From assembly GCA_963833225.1 (NCBI GenBank), contig CAWHXD010000019.1, positions 736,001 to 800,000 on the forward strand: a DNA stretch of 64,000 nucleotides, written 5' to 3'. A program made the translations under genes and the position numbers. Position 1 is the first letter of the stretch. The number at the start of each line of letters is the position of its first letter. Origin of the DNA: an uncultured Chloroflexia bacterium (GTDB lineage: Bacteria > Chloroflexota > Limnocylindria > Limnocylindrales > CSP1-4). Below are positions 1 through 9,618 of the stretch, in pieces. The notes beneath the pieces are model-generated. The model had not been told where the DNA came from. It did no database searches and saw nothing but the letters and a program-made list of their open reading frames with translations.

Positions 1-153
1 GAGGGGTCGACCGGCCCACCGCCTCCGCGCGGGGCAGGGGAGCGGTGATCACGCCCTCGATGTCGCCTCGATTCCCGGTGGTCGGAACCCGTCGCCAGCG
101 CGCTGGCCGTGAGCGCGGTCACGGCATCCGCGGCGCCGCGGTGCCGTACCGGG

Positions 154-363
154 TCAGAGCGGGGGCAGCGCGAGCGGGATCCCGACGGCCCGGGCAATCC
201 CCAGCTCGATCAACCAGGCGAGGACCGTTGCGCCCACGGCGACGACGGCGACCAGGAACGCGATCGCGCCGCGCGCCTGCCGGACCCGGTGGGCTCGCCG
301 GGCCGCGGGCCCATCGACTTCCCAGAACGGATCCCGGCGGTGAAACAGCGAGCGATCGGCCAT
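154..363 (-). CDS. small membrane protein
   Basis: 69-aa ORF with one hydrophobic helix (AIAFLVAVVAVGATVLAWLI), GGAGG-like RBS upstream, GC hairpin at 121-147 downstream. Confidence 0.55.
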   Translation of the reverse strand: MADRSLFHRRDPFWEVDGPAARRAHRVRQARGAIAFLVAVVAVGATVLAWLIELGIARAVGIPLALPPL

Positions 364-571
364 GGCGATACCTCCAGCCCCCCGAGTGTGGTCCGATGGG
401 GTCGAGGGCGGGAGGGTGACCTTTGTCCGGTGACCCTGCCCCGCACCACACCGAACTCCACCCAGCCGCCGGCCGCCGCGGCGGGGTGTGCGCGATCGCG
501 GTGCGTGCTGTCACCGCGATCGAGCTGACGGCCAAGGCGCTGCGCGTCGCGCGGGCGAGCGAGCGGGCGGC

Positions 572-1168
572 TCAGCGTCGCGCGACGGCGTACCGGGCGA
601 CCGCGACCAGGGAGAGCAACCCGAGGCCCACCAGCCGCACGACGTCGCGCTGCTCGGCGATGAACAGCAGCGGGAACGTGCTGAGCCCGGCGACAGTTCC
701 CGCGATCCGCCCGTTGCGGCCCAGCACGTGGGCCGCAACGGCGACCGGGATGGCCAGCGTGAGGCTCACGGCCCCGGCCAGCGGCGCCAGGGCGACCAGG
801 ATGCCTGCCAGGGTTGCGACGCCGCGCCCGCCCGCCAGCCGTCCGAAGGCCGGCCAGCCCGCGCCGGCCAGGACGCCGACACCGGCGACCCAGCCCGTCC
901 ACCAGGTGAAGGTGACGATCCCGATCGCGACGGGCAGGATCCCTTTGGCGAGGTCTCCGGTCAGGGCCAGGACGCCCCACCCGGGTCCGGCCTGCCGCCA
1001 TACGTCCGCCGGGCCCGACGGGCCTTCGCCCTGTCGGGCGACGCCGACACCGCCGGCCCGTCCGACCCATGCAGCGAGCGGCAGCGATCCCACCAGGTAG
1101 CCGACGAGGAGCGACAGGACGGTGCGCAGCAGGTCCAGCGCCATCGTGAGCAGAGACGAATCGGACAC
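572..1168 (-). CDS. plsY: glycerol-3-phosphate acyltransferase PlsY
   Basis: GYLVGSLP, DLAKG and GGRGVAT motifs; multi-TM; start may be the ATG near 1144. Confidence 0.85.
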   Translation of the reverse strand: MSDSSLLTMALDLLRTVLSLLVGYLVGSLPLAAWVGRAGGVGVARQGEGPSGPADVWRQAGPGWGVLALTGDLAKGILPVAIGIVTFTWWTGWVAGVGVLAGAGWPAFGRLAGGRGVATLAGILVALAPLAGAVSLTLAIPVAVAAHVLGRNGRIAGTVAGLSTFPLLFIAEQRDVVRLVGLGLLSLVAVARYAVARR

Positions 1169-1249
1169 GGGCAGAATGATGCTGGATGCCGCGGAGGGGA
1201 ATCCAGCGGCGGGCGGTGCAGGGCGCCCGTCCCGGGTCGTTTCCCGGGC

Positions 1250-2260
1250 TCAGGCCTGCGGCGGCTCGACGTCCCGGAGTGCCGGGATCACGTGCCTCCC
1301 GTATAGCTCCAGCTGTTCCTCCTCGTTCCCGTTCATCAGGTACAGGTTGAACTGGTCCACGCCGGCCTCCGCGAGCGTCCTGAGACGCGCGATGTGCGCC
1401 TCCGGGCCGCCGATGAGGCAGAACCGGTCCACGATCTCGTCGGTCACGAACGAGGCGTTCGACGAGCCCACCTCGGCATGGTGGAGGTAGTCATAGCCCT
1501 CGCGGTCGTGGACGTAGGCGGTGAGCTCCTCGGGCAGGTCCTCGCGCGGGTACTTGTTCACGAGATCGACGACGTGGTTGCCGACGAGCGCCGGGAACCA
1601 GCGCGTCCGGTCCCGGCCGTCCGCGAGGTCACCCACGTGGGCCGGGGCGGCAGCCATGACCCGCACGGCGCCGGGGTCCCGGCCGGCGGCCGTCGCCGAT
1701 TCACGCACCTGGGACACGAACCACCGGATGAGGTCCGGGTCGCCGATCTGGAGCATGGCCCCATCCGCGATCCGGCCGGTGAGCTTGAGCGCCACCGGGC
1801 CGTAGCCCGCGATCCACACGGGCAGCGAGAACCCGGGGGTCCACGGCAGCTCGAGCATCGCGCCCTCGAACTCGATCCCGCGGCCCTCCACGAGCGCCCG
1901 GATCACGTGCACCGCCTGCTCGAGGTCCTTCATCGTGGTCGGACCCTTGCCCAGCACGCGCCGCGCGGAATCGCCCCGGCCGATGCCGAGATCCATGCGC
2001 CCGCCGGACAGCTCATTGAGCTCGGCGAGCAGGGAGGCCGTGACGGACGGCTCGCGGGTGGCCGGATTCGTGACGCAGGTCCCAAAGCGCATCGTGGTCG
2101 TTGCCTGCGCCATGAGGGTCAGGAGCGGGTAGGGATCCCGCCACAGGACGTGCGAGTCGAACAGCCACCCGTAGCTGAAGCCGGCCGCCTCCGCCTGCCG
2201 GGTGAGCGCGATCGTGCGCTCGATCGAGTGGTCGGGCTTGAGCGTGAACCCGAACTGCAT
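1250..2260 (-). CDS. LLM-class F420-dependent oxidoreductase (TIGR03842-like)
   Basis: FDSHVLW, GTCVTNPATR, GRGDSA motifs; AGGAGG RBS before ATG 2260. Confidence 0.85.
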   Translation of the reverse strand: MQFGFTLKPDHSIERTIALTRQAEAAGFSYGWLFDSHVLWRDPYPLLTLMAQATTTMRFGTCVTNPATREPSVTASLLAELNELSGGRMDLGIGRGDSARRVLGKGPTTMKDLEQAVHVIRALVEGRGIEFEGAMLELPWTPGFSLPVWIAGYGPVALKLTGRIADGAMLQIGDPDLIRWFVSQVRESATAAGRDPGAVRVMAAAPAHVGDLADGRDRTRWFPALVGNHVVDLVNKYPREDLPEELTAYVHDREGYDYLHHAEVGSSNASFVTDEIVDRFCLIGGPEAHIARLRTLAEAGVDQFNLYLMNGNEEEQLELYGRHVIPALRDVEPPQA

Positions 2261-2391
2261 TCCGTCTCCTCCTGTGGGGACCCGGGAGAATCGGGCGGCT
2301 CGGCTGTCCTCCTCCTTGACAGCCGAGCCGCGCGGGATCATACCGGACACGGTCGGGTCGGCAACCGTGCCGTTCGGCCCTGCCGGGAGGC

Positions 2392-3240
2392 CTAGGGCCG
2401 GATCAGGTCACCGTACTGGTCGGGCCGGCGGTCCCGGTAGAACTGCCAGGTCTGCCGGACCTCGGTGATCACGTCGAAGTCCATGTCGCGGATGATCAGC
2501 TCCTCGTCGTGGGGGCTGCCCACGGCGCCCACGAACTGGCCGCGTGGATCCACGAAGTAGCTCTGGCCGTAGAAGTCGTCCGGTCCGATCTCGGCCTCGA
2601 TGCCAACGCGGTTGATCGTGCCCACGAAGTAGCCGTTGGCGAGCGCGTGGCTGACCTGCTCGACCCGCCACAGGTACTCGGACAGGCCGCGGCTGGTCGC
2701 CGACGGGATCATCACCAGCTCGGCGCCGTTGAGGCCAAGGGCGCGGGCGCCCTCCGGGAAGTGGCGGTCGTAGCAGATGTAGACGCCGATCTTGCCCACG
2801 GCGGTCTGGAACACTGGGTACCCAAGGTTGCCGGGGCGGAAGTAGAACTTCTCCCAGAAGCCCTGGACGTGCGGGATGTGGGTCTTGCGGTACTTGCCGA
2901 GGTACGAGCCGTCGGCGTCGATCACGGCTGCGGTGTTGTAGTAGATGCCCGAGGTGGAATCCTCCTCGTACATCGGGACCACGAGGACCATGCCGGTCTG
3001 CTTGGCGAGGTCCTGCATCCGCTTCGTGGTCGGCCCGTCCGGGATCAGCTCGGTATAGCTGTAGTACTGCTTCTCCTGCACCTGGCAGAAGTACGGCCCG
3101 TAGAAGAGCTCCTGGAAGAGCATCACCTGCGCGCCCTGCTTGGCCGCCTCGTGGGCGTAGCCCTCGTGCTTCTGGATCATCGACTCCTTGTCGCCGGTCC
3201 AGGATGCCTGCAGCAGCGCGCCTCGGACGATACGGGGCAT
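2392..3240 (-). CDS. nitrilase-family beta-ureidopropionase / N-carbamoyl amidohydrolase
   Basis: E-K-C triad: QELF, YRKTHIP, ICYDRHFPE; WEKFYFRPG. Confidence 0.88.
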   Translation of the reverse strand: MPRIVRGALLQASWTGDKESMIQKHEGYAHEAAKQGAQVMLFQELFYGPYFCQVQEKQYYSYTELIPDGPTTKRMQDLAKQTGMVLVVPMYEEDSTSGIYYNTAAVIDADGSYLGKYRKTHIPHVQGFWEKFYFRPGNLGYPVFQTAVGKIGVYICYDRHFPEGARALGLNGAELVMIPSATSRGLSEYLWRVEQVSHALANGYFVGTINRVGIEAEIGPDDFYGQSYFVDPRGQFVGAVGSPHDEELIIRDMDFDVITEVRQTWQFYRDRRPDQYGDLIRP

Positions 3241-3414
3241 GAATGAGCCTCCTCGATACTCCCGCTTGCCGCCCGCTCGGACGGCTGCCACCGGCGTCAC
3301 CGCGGCGGCGAATGGTCGGAGCATACGCCGCTCGCCTCGGCGGTTCTGCCCCCGACGGCCCCTACGCCGTGGGCCGGAAGTCAACCCGGAGCGAAAAGCG
3401 ATGGGCCCGGCCTG

Positions 3415-4974
3415 TCAGTGGCAGGCGCCCGTGCCGCTGTCCGTGAAGGTGCGGCCGGCGATCGGGATGAACAGCCAGTCATACGAGCCGACCCGGAGCG
3501 TGAGGCGGAGCACGCCGTGGGTGTCGGCCTCGCGGACCTCGCTGTTGGCCCGGACCGCCGCGAACGGACGGAGCGGCGCCCCGCCCGTGCCAACCACGAA
3601 CTCGCGGATCCCGGACGCGGAGGCGACACCGGCCGGCGTCTGGGGCGCGAACCGCTCGTAGTCGTGGTCATGGCCGGTCAGGATCATGTCGGCGCCGTAT
3701 GCGTCGAGCGCCTGCCACAGCGGTCGCACGGCCGGGTCGCCGCCGTGCTGGCCGGAGGAGAACAGCGGCTCGTGCATCACCGCGGCCACGCACGCCCGCG
3801 GGTTGGCCGCGAGGTCGGCCCGGAGCCACTGCTCCTGCTCGGATCCCGCTCCGCAGCCCACCTCGGTGCAATTGGCGTTGAGCGTGTAGATCCGCCATGT
3901 GCCCAGGTCGTAGGCGTACCACCCCTTGCCCCGTTCGCCGGCCCGCGACCCGAAGTAGTCCCAGTAGGGCCGGGCGCCCGGGGTGTGGTACTCGTGGTTG
4001 CCGACGGCGGGGGAGGTGCGGAGCCGCCAGCGGCCCCAGGTGGGGTCGTAGCAGTCGCGGAACTGGGACGTCGTCCCGTCGGGGTAGGCGATGTCCCCGG
4101 CCGCGAATACCCGGCCCGGGATGGCGTCGAGCAGGTCCGCGGTGAGGTTGTCACCAGGATTGCCGCAGTAGGCGATGTCACCGGCGCCGACGAGGACCGG
4201 GTCGGCCGCCGGCGCGTCGCCCACGATGAACCCGTCGACGACCACGTTGGGGTGGCCGGCTGTCCCCTTGACACGGAGCGTGAGGGTGTGGTCGCCGGGT
4301 TCGGGCCAGGTCGCCACGTACAGCACGCGCCGGTAGGCCCTCGAGGTCGCGTACGTGCTCACGACTCCGCGGGACTCGCCGTCGAGGAAGACACGGGCGG
4401 ACCCGCCGGACCGGGAGGGACGCCCGATCCAGGCCACCTGGCTGCCGGTGAACGTGAATGACAGCTCGGCCCCGGCGGTTCGGCCACGCAGGGCCTGGTC
4501 CCCGAGGAGCTCCGGGGCGCTGATCGAGGTCCACGCGCCCGTGGTCGTCACCCCAGTCGCCTGTTCCGACTGCAGTGTCCAGTGCAGCGCCTCGCCGGAA
4601 GCCCATTCGCTCCAGTTGCCGGCCGCGTCCCTGGCGCGGACGCGGAACCGGGCGTCGTGGGGCGGCCGGACCGTGACGACGGCGTGGCGAGCGGTCCGCT
4701 TCGACAGGGTGACCGTTGCCCAGGAGCCGCCATCGATGCTCATCTGCAGCTTCACGCGCGCCACGCCGGTCCCGGCATCGGACGCGGTCCACGCGACCCG
4801 GACCGGAACGGCGGCCGCCCTCACGGTCTTGCCCGGAGCGGGGCTCGCGACCGGGGACGAGACGACGGGCGGCCGCGTGTCCCCGGCGGCGAGCGCGGGG
4901 CGGGGCCCGGTCGGGCCGACCAGGAGCGCCCCCGCGAGAACGAGGAGGAGCGCGGTGCGGATGATGCGGTGCAT
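3415..4974 (-). CDS. secreted metallophosphoesterase with N-terminal FN3/beta-sandwich domains
   Basis: signal peptide; GDIA, GNHEY, HEP, GHDHDYER calcineurin-like motifs; RVRARDAAGNWS FN3-like motif. Confidence 0.85.
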   Translation of the reverse strand: MHRIIRTALLLVLAGALLVGPTGPRPALAAGDTRPPVVSSPVASPAPGKTVRAAAVPVRVAWTASDAGTGVARVKLQMSIDGGSWATVTLSKRTARHAVVTVRPPHDARFRVRARDAAGNWSEWASGEALHWTLQSEQATGVTTTGAWTSISAPELLGDQALRGRTAGAELSFTFTGSQVAWIGRPSRSGGSARVFLDGESRGVVSTYATSRAYRRVLYVATWPEPGDHTLTLRVKGTAGHPNVVVDGFIVGDAPAADPVLVGAGDIAYCGNPGDNLTADLLDAIPGRVFAAGDIAYPDGTTSQFRDCYDPTWGRWRLRTSPAVGNHEYHTPGARPYWDYFGSRAGERGKGWYAYDLGTWRIYTLNANCTEVGCGAGSEQEQWLRADLAANPRACVAAVMHEPLFSSGQHGGDPAVRPLWQALDAYGADMILTGHDHDYERFAPQTPAGVASASGIREFVVGTGGAPLRPFAAVRANSEVREADTHGVLRLTLRVGSYDWLFIPIAGRTFTDSGTGACH

Positions 4975-5070
4975 GCCCAGAGCGTGCACCTCGGTTCCGG
5001 CGCACGTCATCCCCCGGATGGCCCGATTCTCCCGAAGGTCCCGATCCCTCCGAAGGTCCCGGCGCCCGCG

Positions 5071-5433
5071 TCAGGGCTCCTGCGCAAAGACCTCCGTGAA
5101 CGCGCGACAGTCGCCTCGCTCGTCGAACTCGAGCAGGAACACGTTGTGATAACGCCGGTCGCCTGTCTTGCCGGTGTACGTGCTGGTGCCCACCGCGACG
5201 GCACGCGAGCCGTCGACCGCGTACGGCGCGTACGCGCCGTCGTATGTGCCCGGGGCGTCCCGGTCCGCCATCCAGTCGTCCACGATGGCCGCCGCGCCGC
5301 GGAGCGGCTCGCCCCACGGGTAGTAGCGGTACTCGGCATCGTCGGCGAACAGCGCCCGGATGGCGTCCGGGTCGTACGTCCGCCACGCGTCCGTGTAGCG
5401 GTCCAGCCAGCGGGCGACATCGTCTCGGGTCAT
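5071..5433 (-). CDS. SnoaL/NTF2-like protein
   Basis: WLDRYTDAW..LFADDAEY pattern; GGAGG RBS. Confidence 0.8.
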   Translation of the reverse strand: MTRDDVARWLDRYTDAWRTYDPDAIRALFADDAEYRYYPWGEPLRGAAAIVDDWMADRDAPGTYDGAYAPYAVDGSRAVAVGTSTYTGKTGDRRYHNVFLLEFDERGDCRAFTEVFAQEP

Positions 5434-5465
5434 GTGGCGGTCCTCCGGTTGGGGCGAGGAATGGC

Positions 5466-5496
5466 GTAACCGATGTTACCCAGTTACCTAGTTACC
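5466..5496. promoter_or_regulatory. putative operator in divergent intergenic region
   Basis: GTAAC-N4-GTTAC palindrome plus GTTACC at 5475, 5483, 5491 (8-bp period). Confidence 0.45.
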
Positions 5497-5658
5497 GGCA
5501 GGCCCGGCAAACAGGCGATTCCACCCACCGTGACCCGGCCGTCTGGTCCGCCGCCGGGACCGCGCCCGTGTGTTGTAATGAGGCCCACGGCAGACCTCGC
5601 CGGCTTCCTTGGCCGACAGCAGCGGACGGCCCACCCGGGCCGCCCTGAACGGAGGATC

Positions 5659-6993
5659 ATGGGCATCAGCGCAGCGCCCGGCATGACCAGTGAGGAGATC
5701 GTCTCCCTCTCCCGCGAGCACACGATGTTCTCGTGGTCCGTCCAGGGCCAGATCGATCCGATCGCGATCGATCGCGCCTCGGGCGTCTACCTGTACACCC
5801 CCGAGGGCCGCCGGATCCTCGACTTCAACTCGCAGCTGATGTCGGTCAACATCGGGCACGGCGACCGCCGGGTGATCGACGCGATCAACGCGCAGGCGGA
5901 GAAGCTCCAGTTCGTCCAGCCGGCGTTCGCGACCGAGATCCGTGCCCGCCTCGGCCGGAAGCTGGCCGAGATCATGCCCGGCGACCTGAACAAGGTGTTC
6001 TTCACGCTCGGCGGCGCCGAGGCGGTGGAAAACGCGATCAAGCTCGCCCGCCACGTCACCGGCAAGCACAAGCTGCTTGCCCGGTACCGCGCTTATCACG
6101 GGGCTACGGCCGGGGCGATGACCCTGACCGGCGACTACCGCCGCTGGGCCAACGAGCCCGGCATCGTGGGTGTCGTGCGCTACCCGGATACCCATCGCTG
6201 GGGCGAGAAGGAGCCGCGCTCGGCGGCCGAGGCGCTCAACGGCCTCGAGGACGTGATCAAGTACGAGGGCGCCCAGACGATCGCGGCGGTCTTCCTCGAG
6301 ACCGTCGTCGGCACCAACGGCATCCTCATTCCGCCCGACGGGTACCTCAAGGGCGTCCGCGAGCTGTGCGACAAGTACGGGATCCTGATGGTCGCGGACG
6401 AGGTCATGGCGGGCTTCGGCCGCACCGGCCGCTGGTTTGCGGTGGACCACTGGGACGTCGTCCCGGACCTGATGACCATGGCCAAGGGCCTCACGTCGTC
6501 ATACCTGCCCTTGGGCGCGGTCGCCATGCGCGACCACATCTCCGAGGTCATGGACACGAAGATGTTCTTCGGCGGCCTGACGTACAGCAGCCACCCGGTC
6601 AGTCTCGCGGCGGCCCTGGCCACGATCGGCGTCTACGAGGAGGACGATCTCATCGGCAACGCTGCCCGGATGGGCAAGGTCATGCGTCGCCACCACGAGA
6701 CGCTGGCCGCGAAGCACCCGTCGGTCGGGGCGCACCGGAGCATCGGCCTGTTCGGCATCCTCGACCTCGTCAGGAGCCAGGACCCGTGGACCCCGATCAC
6801 GCCCTTCAACGGCACGAGCGACGAGATGAAGGCGATCGGCAAGTTCTTCCGTGAGCACGGCCTGTACGCGATGATCGCCAACAACTCGATCCACACCAAC
6901 CCACCCCTGTGCATCACCGAGGACCAGCTGGCGGAGGGCTTCGCGATCATCGACGCCGCGCTGGACATCGCCGACCAGGCGGTCACCGGCTAG
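5659..6993 (+). CDS. class III aminotransferase (beta-alanine/omega-amino acid type)
   Basis: YHG, ADEVMAGFGRTG, MAKGLTS PLP lysine, GLTYSSHP. Confidence 0.9.
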   Translation: MGISAAPGMTSEEIVSLSREHTMFSWSVQGQIDPIAIDRASGVYLYTPEGRRILDFNSQLMSVNIGHGDRRVIDAINAQAEKLQFVQPAFATEIRARLGRKLAEIMPGDLNKVFFTLGGAEAVENAIKLARHVTGKHKLLARYRAYHGATAGAMTLTGDYRRWANEPGIVGVVRYPDTHRWGEKEPRSAAEALNGLEDVIKYEGAQTIAAVFLETVVGTNGILIPPDGYLKGVRELCDKYGILMVADEVMAGFGRTGRWFAVDHWDVVPDLMTMAKGLTSSYLPLGAVAMRDHISEVMDTKMFFGGLTYSSHPVSLAAALATIGVYEEDDLIGNAARMGKVMRRHHETLAAKHPSVGAHRSIGLFGILDLVRSQDPWTPITPFNGTSDEMKAIGKFFREHGLYAMIANNSIHTNPPLCITEDQLAEGFAIIDAALDIADQAVTG

Positions 6994-6996
6994 GGC

Positions 6997-7815
6997 ATGG
7001 GCGAGGACCCGGCGGCCGGGGCGACGCCCGCCACGAGCCCCGCCGGGCTGATCGTCAGGATCCGCGGCCTTGACAAGGCGTTCACCGGCGGCGAGGGCGG
7101 GCCGCTGCTCGCCCTGGGGGCCGTGGACCTCGACATCGAGCCCGGGGCCTTCGTCTCGCTCATCGGGCCGTCGGGGTGTGGGAAGTCCACGCTCCTGCGC
7201 GTGATCGGGGACCTCGTCGCGCCCACGCGGGGCGAGGTCGCGATCAACGGCAAGCCGCCCGGGCGCGCTCGCCTGGACCGCGACTACGGGATGGTCTTCC
7301 AGGCGCCCGTCCTGTTCGACTGGCGCACGGTGGCCCAGAACGTCACGCTGCCGCTCGAGATCCTCCGCTGGCCGGCGGAGCGCCGGGAAGCCCGAGCCCG
7401 CGAGATGCTCGACCTCGTGGAGCTCGAGGGGTTCGCGTCGCATCGTCCCTACCAGCTGTCGGGCGGGATGCAGCAGCGGGTGGCGATCGCGCGGGCGCTC
7501 GCCTTCGAGCCGCGGATCCTGCTGATGGATGAGCCGTTCGGAGCGTTGGACGAGATGACCCGTGAGCGCCTCAACGACGAGGTGCTGCGGATCTGGTCAC
7601 GGACGGGGACCACCGTCGTGTTCGTGACCCACTCGATCCCGGAGGCCGTCTACCTCTCGACGCGGGTGGTGGTGATGGGTTCGCGGCCGGGTCGGATCAC
7701 GGGCGCCGTGGACATCGACCTGCCCCAGCCGCGTGGCGAGGCGACCCGGGAGTCGCCGCGGTTCTTCGAGCTGGTCAATGAGGTGCGTGAGCGCCTGCAC
7801 ACGGGGGCCAGCTGA
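6997..7815 (+). CDS. NitT/TauT-family ABC transporter ATP-binding protein
   Basis: [26 protein letters not shown]. Confidence 0.92.
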   Translation: MGEDPAAGATPATSPAGLIVRIRGLDKAFTGGEGGPLLALGAVDLDIEPGAFVSLIGPSGCGKSTLLRVIGDLVAPTRGEVAINGKPPGRARLDRDYGMVFQAPVLFDWRTVAQNVTLPLEILRWPAERREARAREMLDLVELEGFASHRPYQLSGGMQQRVAIARALAFEPRILLMDEPFGALDEMTRERLNDEVLRIWSRTGTTVVFVTHSIPEAVYLSTRVVVMGSRPGRITGAVDIDLPQPRGEATRESPRFFELVNEVRERLHTGAS

Positions 7816-7945
7816 CCTCGGCGCACGAGACCGGTCCTGGTCCGCGACTTGACGGATTCCCGGACTGGGTCGATGGTGGGGTCACAGTCGACTGCGCCGG
7901 TGTCCCGTCTGGTTCGTCCGTTGCGCGCGACAGATCGGACTCCCC

Positions 7946-8233
7946 ATGACCCGCAGATCGTTCCTGTCGCCCGAGGCGACCATCGTCGTGTCCTCCGACG
8001 GATATTTCGACGTCTACCCGCCGGTCGGCCGCACCAATGGCGACAAGCCGGCCTACCGTGGCCGGCTCAACGAGCTGGGGCCCGGGATCGGCGCCGCCGG
8101 CGACCGGCTTGCGGTCCGGCCGGACTCACCGATCCTCGCCGAGGCGGTCGCCAGCTGGTCGTCCGTCAACGGCGCCGCCGCCGTGGGCGGCGCGAGCGGC
8201 CGCGGTCGCGACGGGAACGAGGTGGCAGGCTGA
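7946..8233 (+). CDS. hypothetical protein
   Basis: 95-aa ORF with protein-like composition filling the gap. Confidence 0.5.
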   Translation: MTRRSFLSPEATIVVSSDGYFDVYPPVGRTNGDKPAYRGRLNELGPGIGAAGDRLAVRPDSPILAEAVASWSSVNGAAAVGGASGRGRDGNEVAG

Positions 8234-8258
8234 CCGACGCCGCAGGGACCCGGGCCGG

Positions 8259-9491
8259 CTACTTCACCTTGAGCTTGCTGATGGTGATCGTGCCGTTCGG
8301 GGCGGCGCCTCCGCCGCGGTCGATGACGACCGTCGCGGGGTATCCAAGCGCCTGGTCGTAGGTCACCGTCACCCGGCCGCCGCCGTCGATGATGGCCTCG
8401 ATCAGGTCGAACACGGCGTCGACCCGCGGGGCGACGAACGAGCCCTCGACGGCCGGTGCGCCCTTGGTGGGCTTGAGCTTGGCCACGTCGCCGTTGAGCG
8501 TGACGGTCCAGCCCCAGGAACCCCCCGGACCCTCGAAGCGCCAGCGGAACGTGTACCGCCTGGGGGCCGCGGTGGACCAGCGGCTGCGGGCCGCGGCGAG
8601 GGCCTCGTGCGCCCGCACCGCGTACAGGTCCGTGTAGTCGATCCGGATCCAGTAGGCGTCACCCTTCGCGGACGGCGAGGGGTCGATCGCGATCAGGGCG
8701 TCCAGCCCCGCCTCGTCCGCGGCGACGTCCACCCAGCCCCCGGCCGCCAGCACGCCCACTGCCGCTTCGACCGTGCCCTGGATCGTGGCCGCGTCGGGCG
8801 GCGCCGCCGAGCCCGCCGCACCATCCTCGGTCGCCACTGTCGTCTGCCCGTCCTCGTGGTGGACCCGGTAGGTCGTCGCGGTCGACGCGGTGTCGGCCGC
8901 GGTGAACCGGCTCCACGTGTACTCCCAGGTGGGGGAGCGGGGCGACTTCCATGCCTGGAGCAGGGCGTCGAGCTGATCGCGGGCACGCGAGGGGCCGGTC
9001 CGGTCGGCGGGGGTCGTGAGGTCCCGCACCTCGACGCTGGAGGCGCCGTCCGCGACATCCGGCGTCGACTGCTCCAGCCGGCTGACGTACCCGTAGCGCG
9101 TGTCGTAGGTGATCGTGACCTCGTTGCCCGACGTGGCCAGGGCGGCATCGGCGCGGTCGAGGATGGCGTCGATGGTCTGGTTCGGCCCGATCTCCGGCGG
9201 GTACGACCCGACCTCCGTCGCCTGGACCTCCGCACGACCGTCCATCTCGGTCACGTGGACGGTCGTCGTGGACATCCCGGACCACGTTTCGACCGTCGTG
9301 TAGGCGACGGTCCCCGGGCGCTGGCGCTCCCACACGCCGCGGCCCTCGGCGACCTCCTCCAGGCGCGGATCGGGGGTCGCGGACGGGGTGGCCGTCGGGG
9401 GCGGTGTCACGGTCTCGCTCCCGCAGGCCGCGACGAGCAGCCCGAGCACGGCCAGCCGCGCCCACACCCCCAACGTCCCTGCGATCGGCAT
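8259..9491 (-). CDS. lipoprotein with repeated DUF6174-like domains
   Basis: lipobox VAAC; three repeats of W..Y / T-I/V-D / YD..GY pattern. Confidence 0.7.
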   Translation of the reverse strand: MPIAGTLGVWARLAVLGLLVAACGSETVTPPPTATPSATPDPRLEEVAEGRGVWERQRPGTVAYTTVETWSGMSTTTVHVTEMDGRAEVQATEVGSYPPEIGPNQTIDAILDRADAALATSGNEVTITYDTRYGYVSRLEQSTPDVADGASSVEVRDLTTPADRTGPSRARDQLDALLQAWKSPRSPTWEYTWSRFTAADTASTATTYRVHHEDGQTTVATEDGAAGSAAPPDAATIQGTVEAAVGVLAAGGWVDVAADEAGLDALIAIDPSPSAKGDAYWIRIDYTDLYAVRAHEALAAARSRWSTAAPRRYTFRWRFEGPGGSWGWTVTLNGDVAKLKPTKGAPAVEGSFVAPRVDAVFDLIEAIIDGGGRVTVTYDQALGYPATVVIDRGGGAAPNGTITISKLKVK

Positions 9492-9618
9492 CTGCCCCCG
9501 TCCCCCTCTGATCCCCGGCGAGTCCCCAGTCTGCGCCGAATGATGGGCCGCCGACGATCGAGGTCAAGCCACCCGGTGGTCCTGGGAGTCCCGGCCCGCG
9601 ACGCGGTTCGCCGCGATG

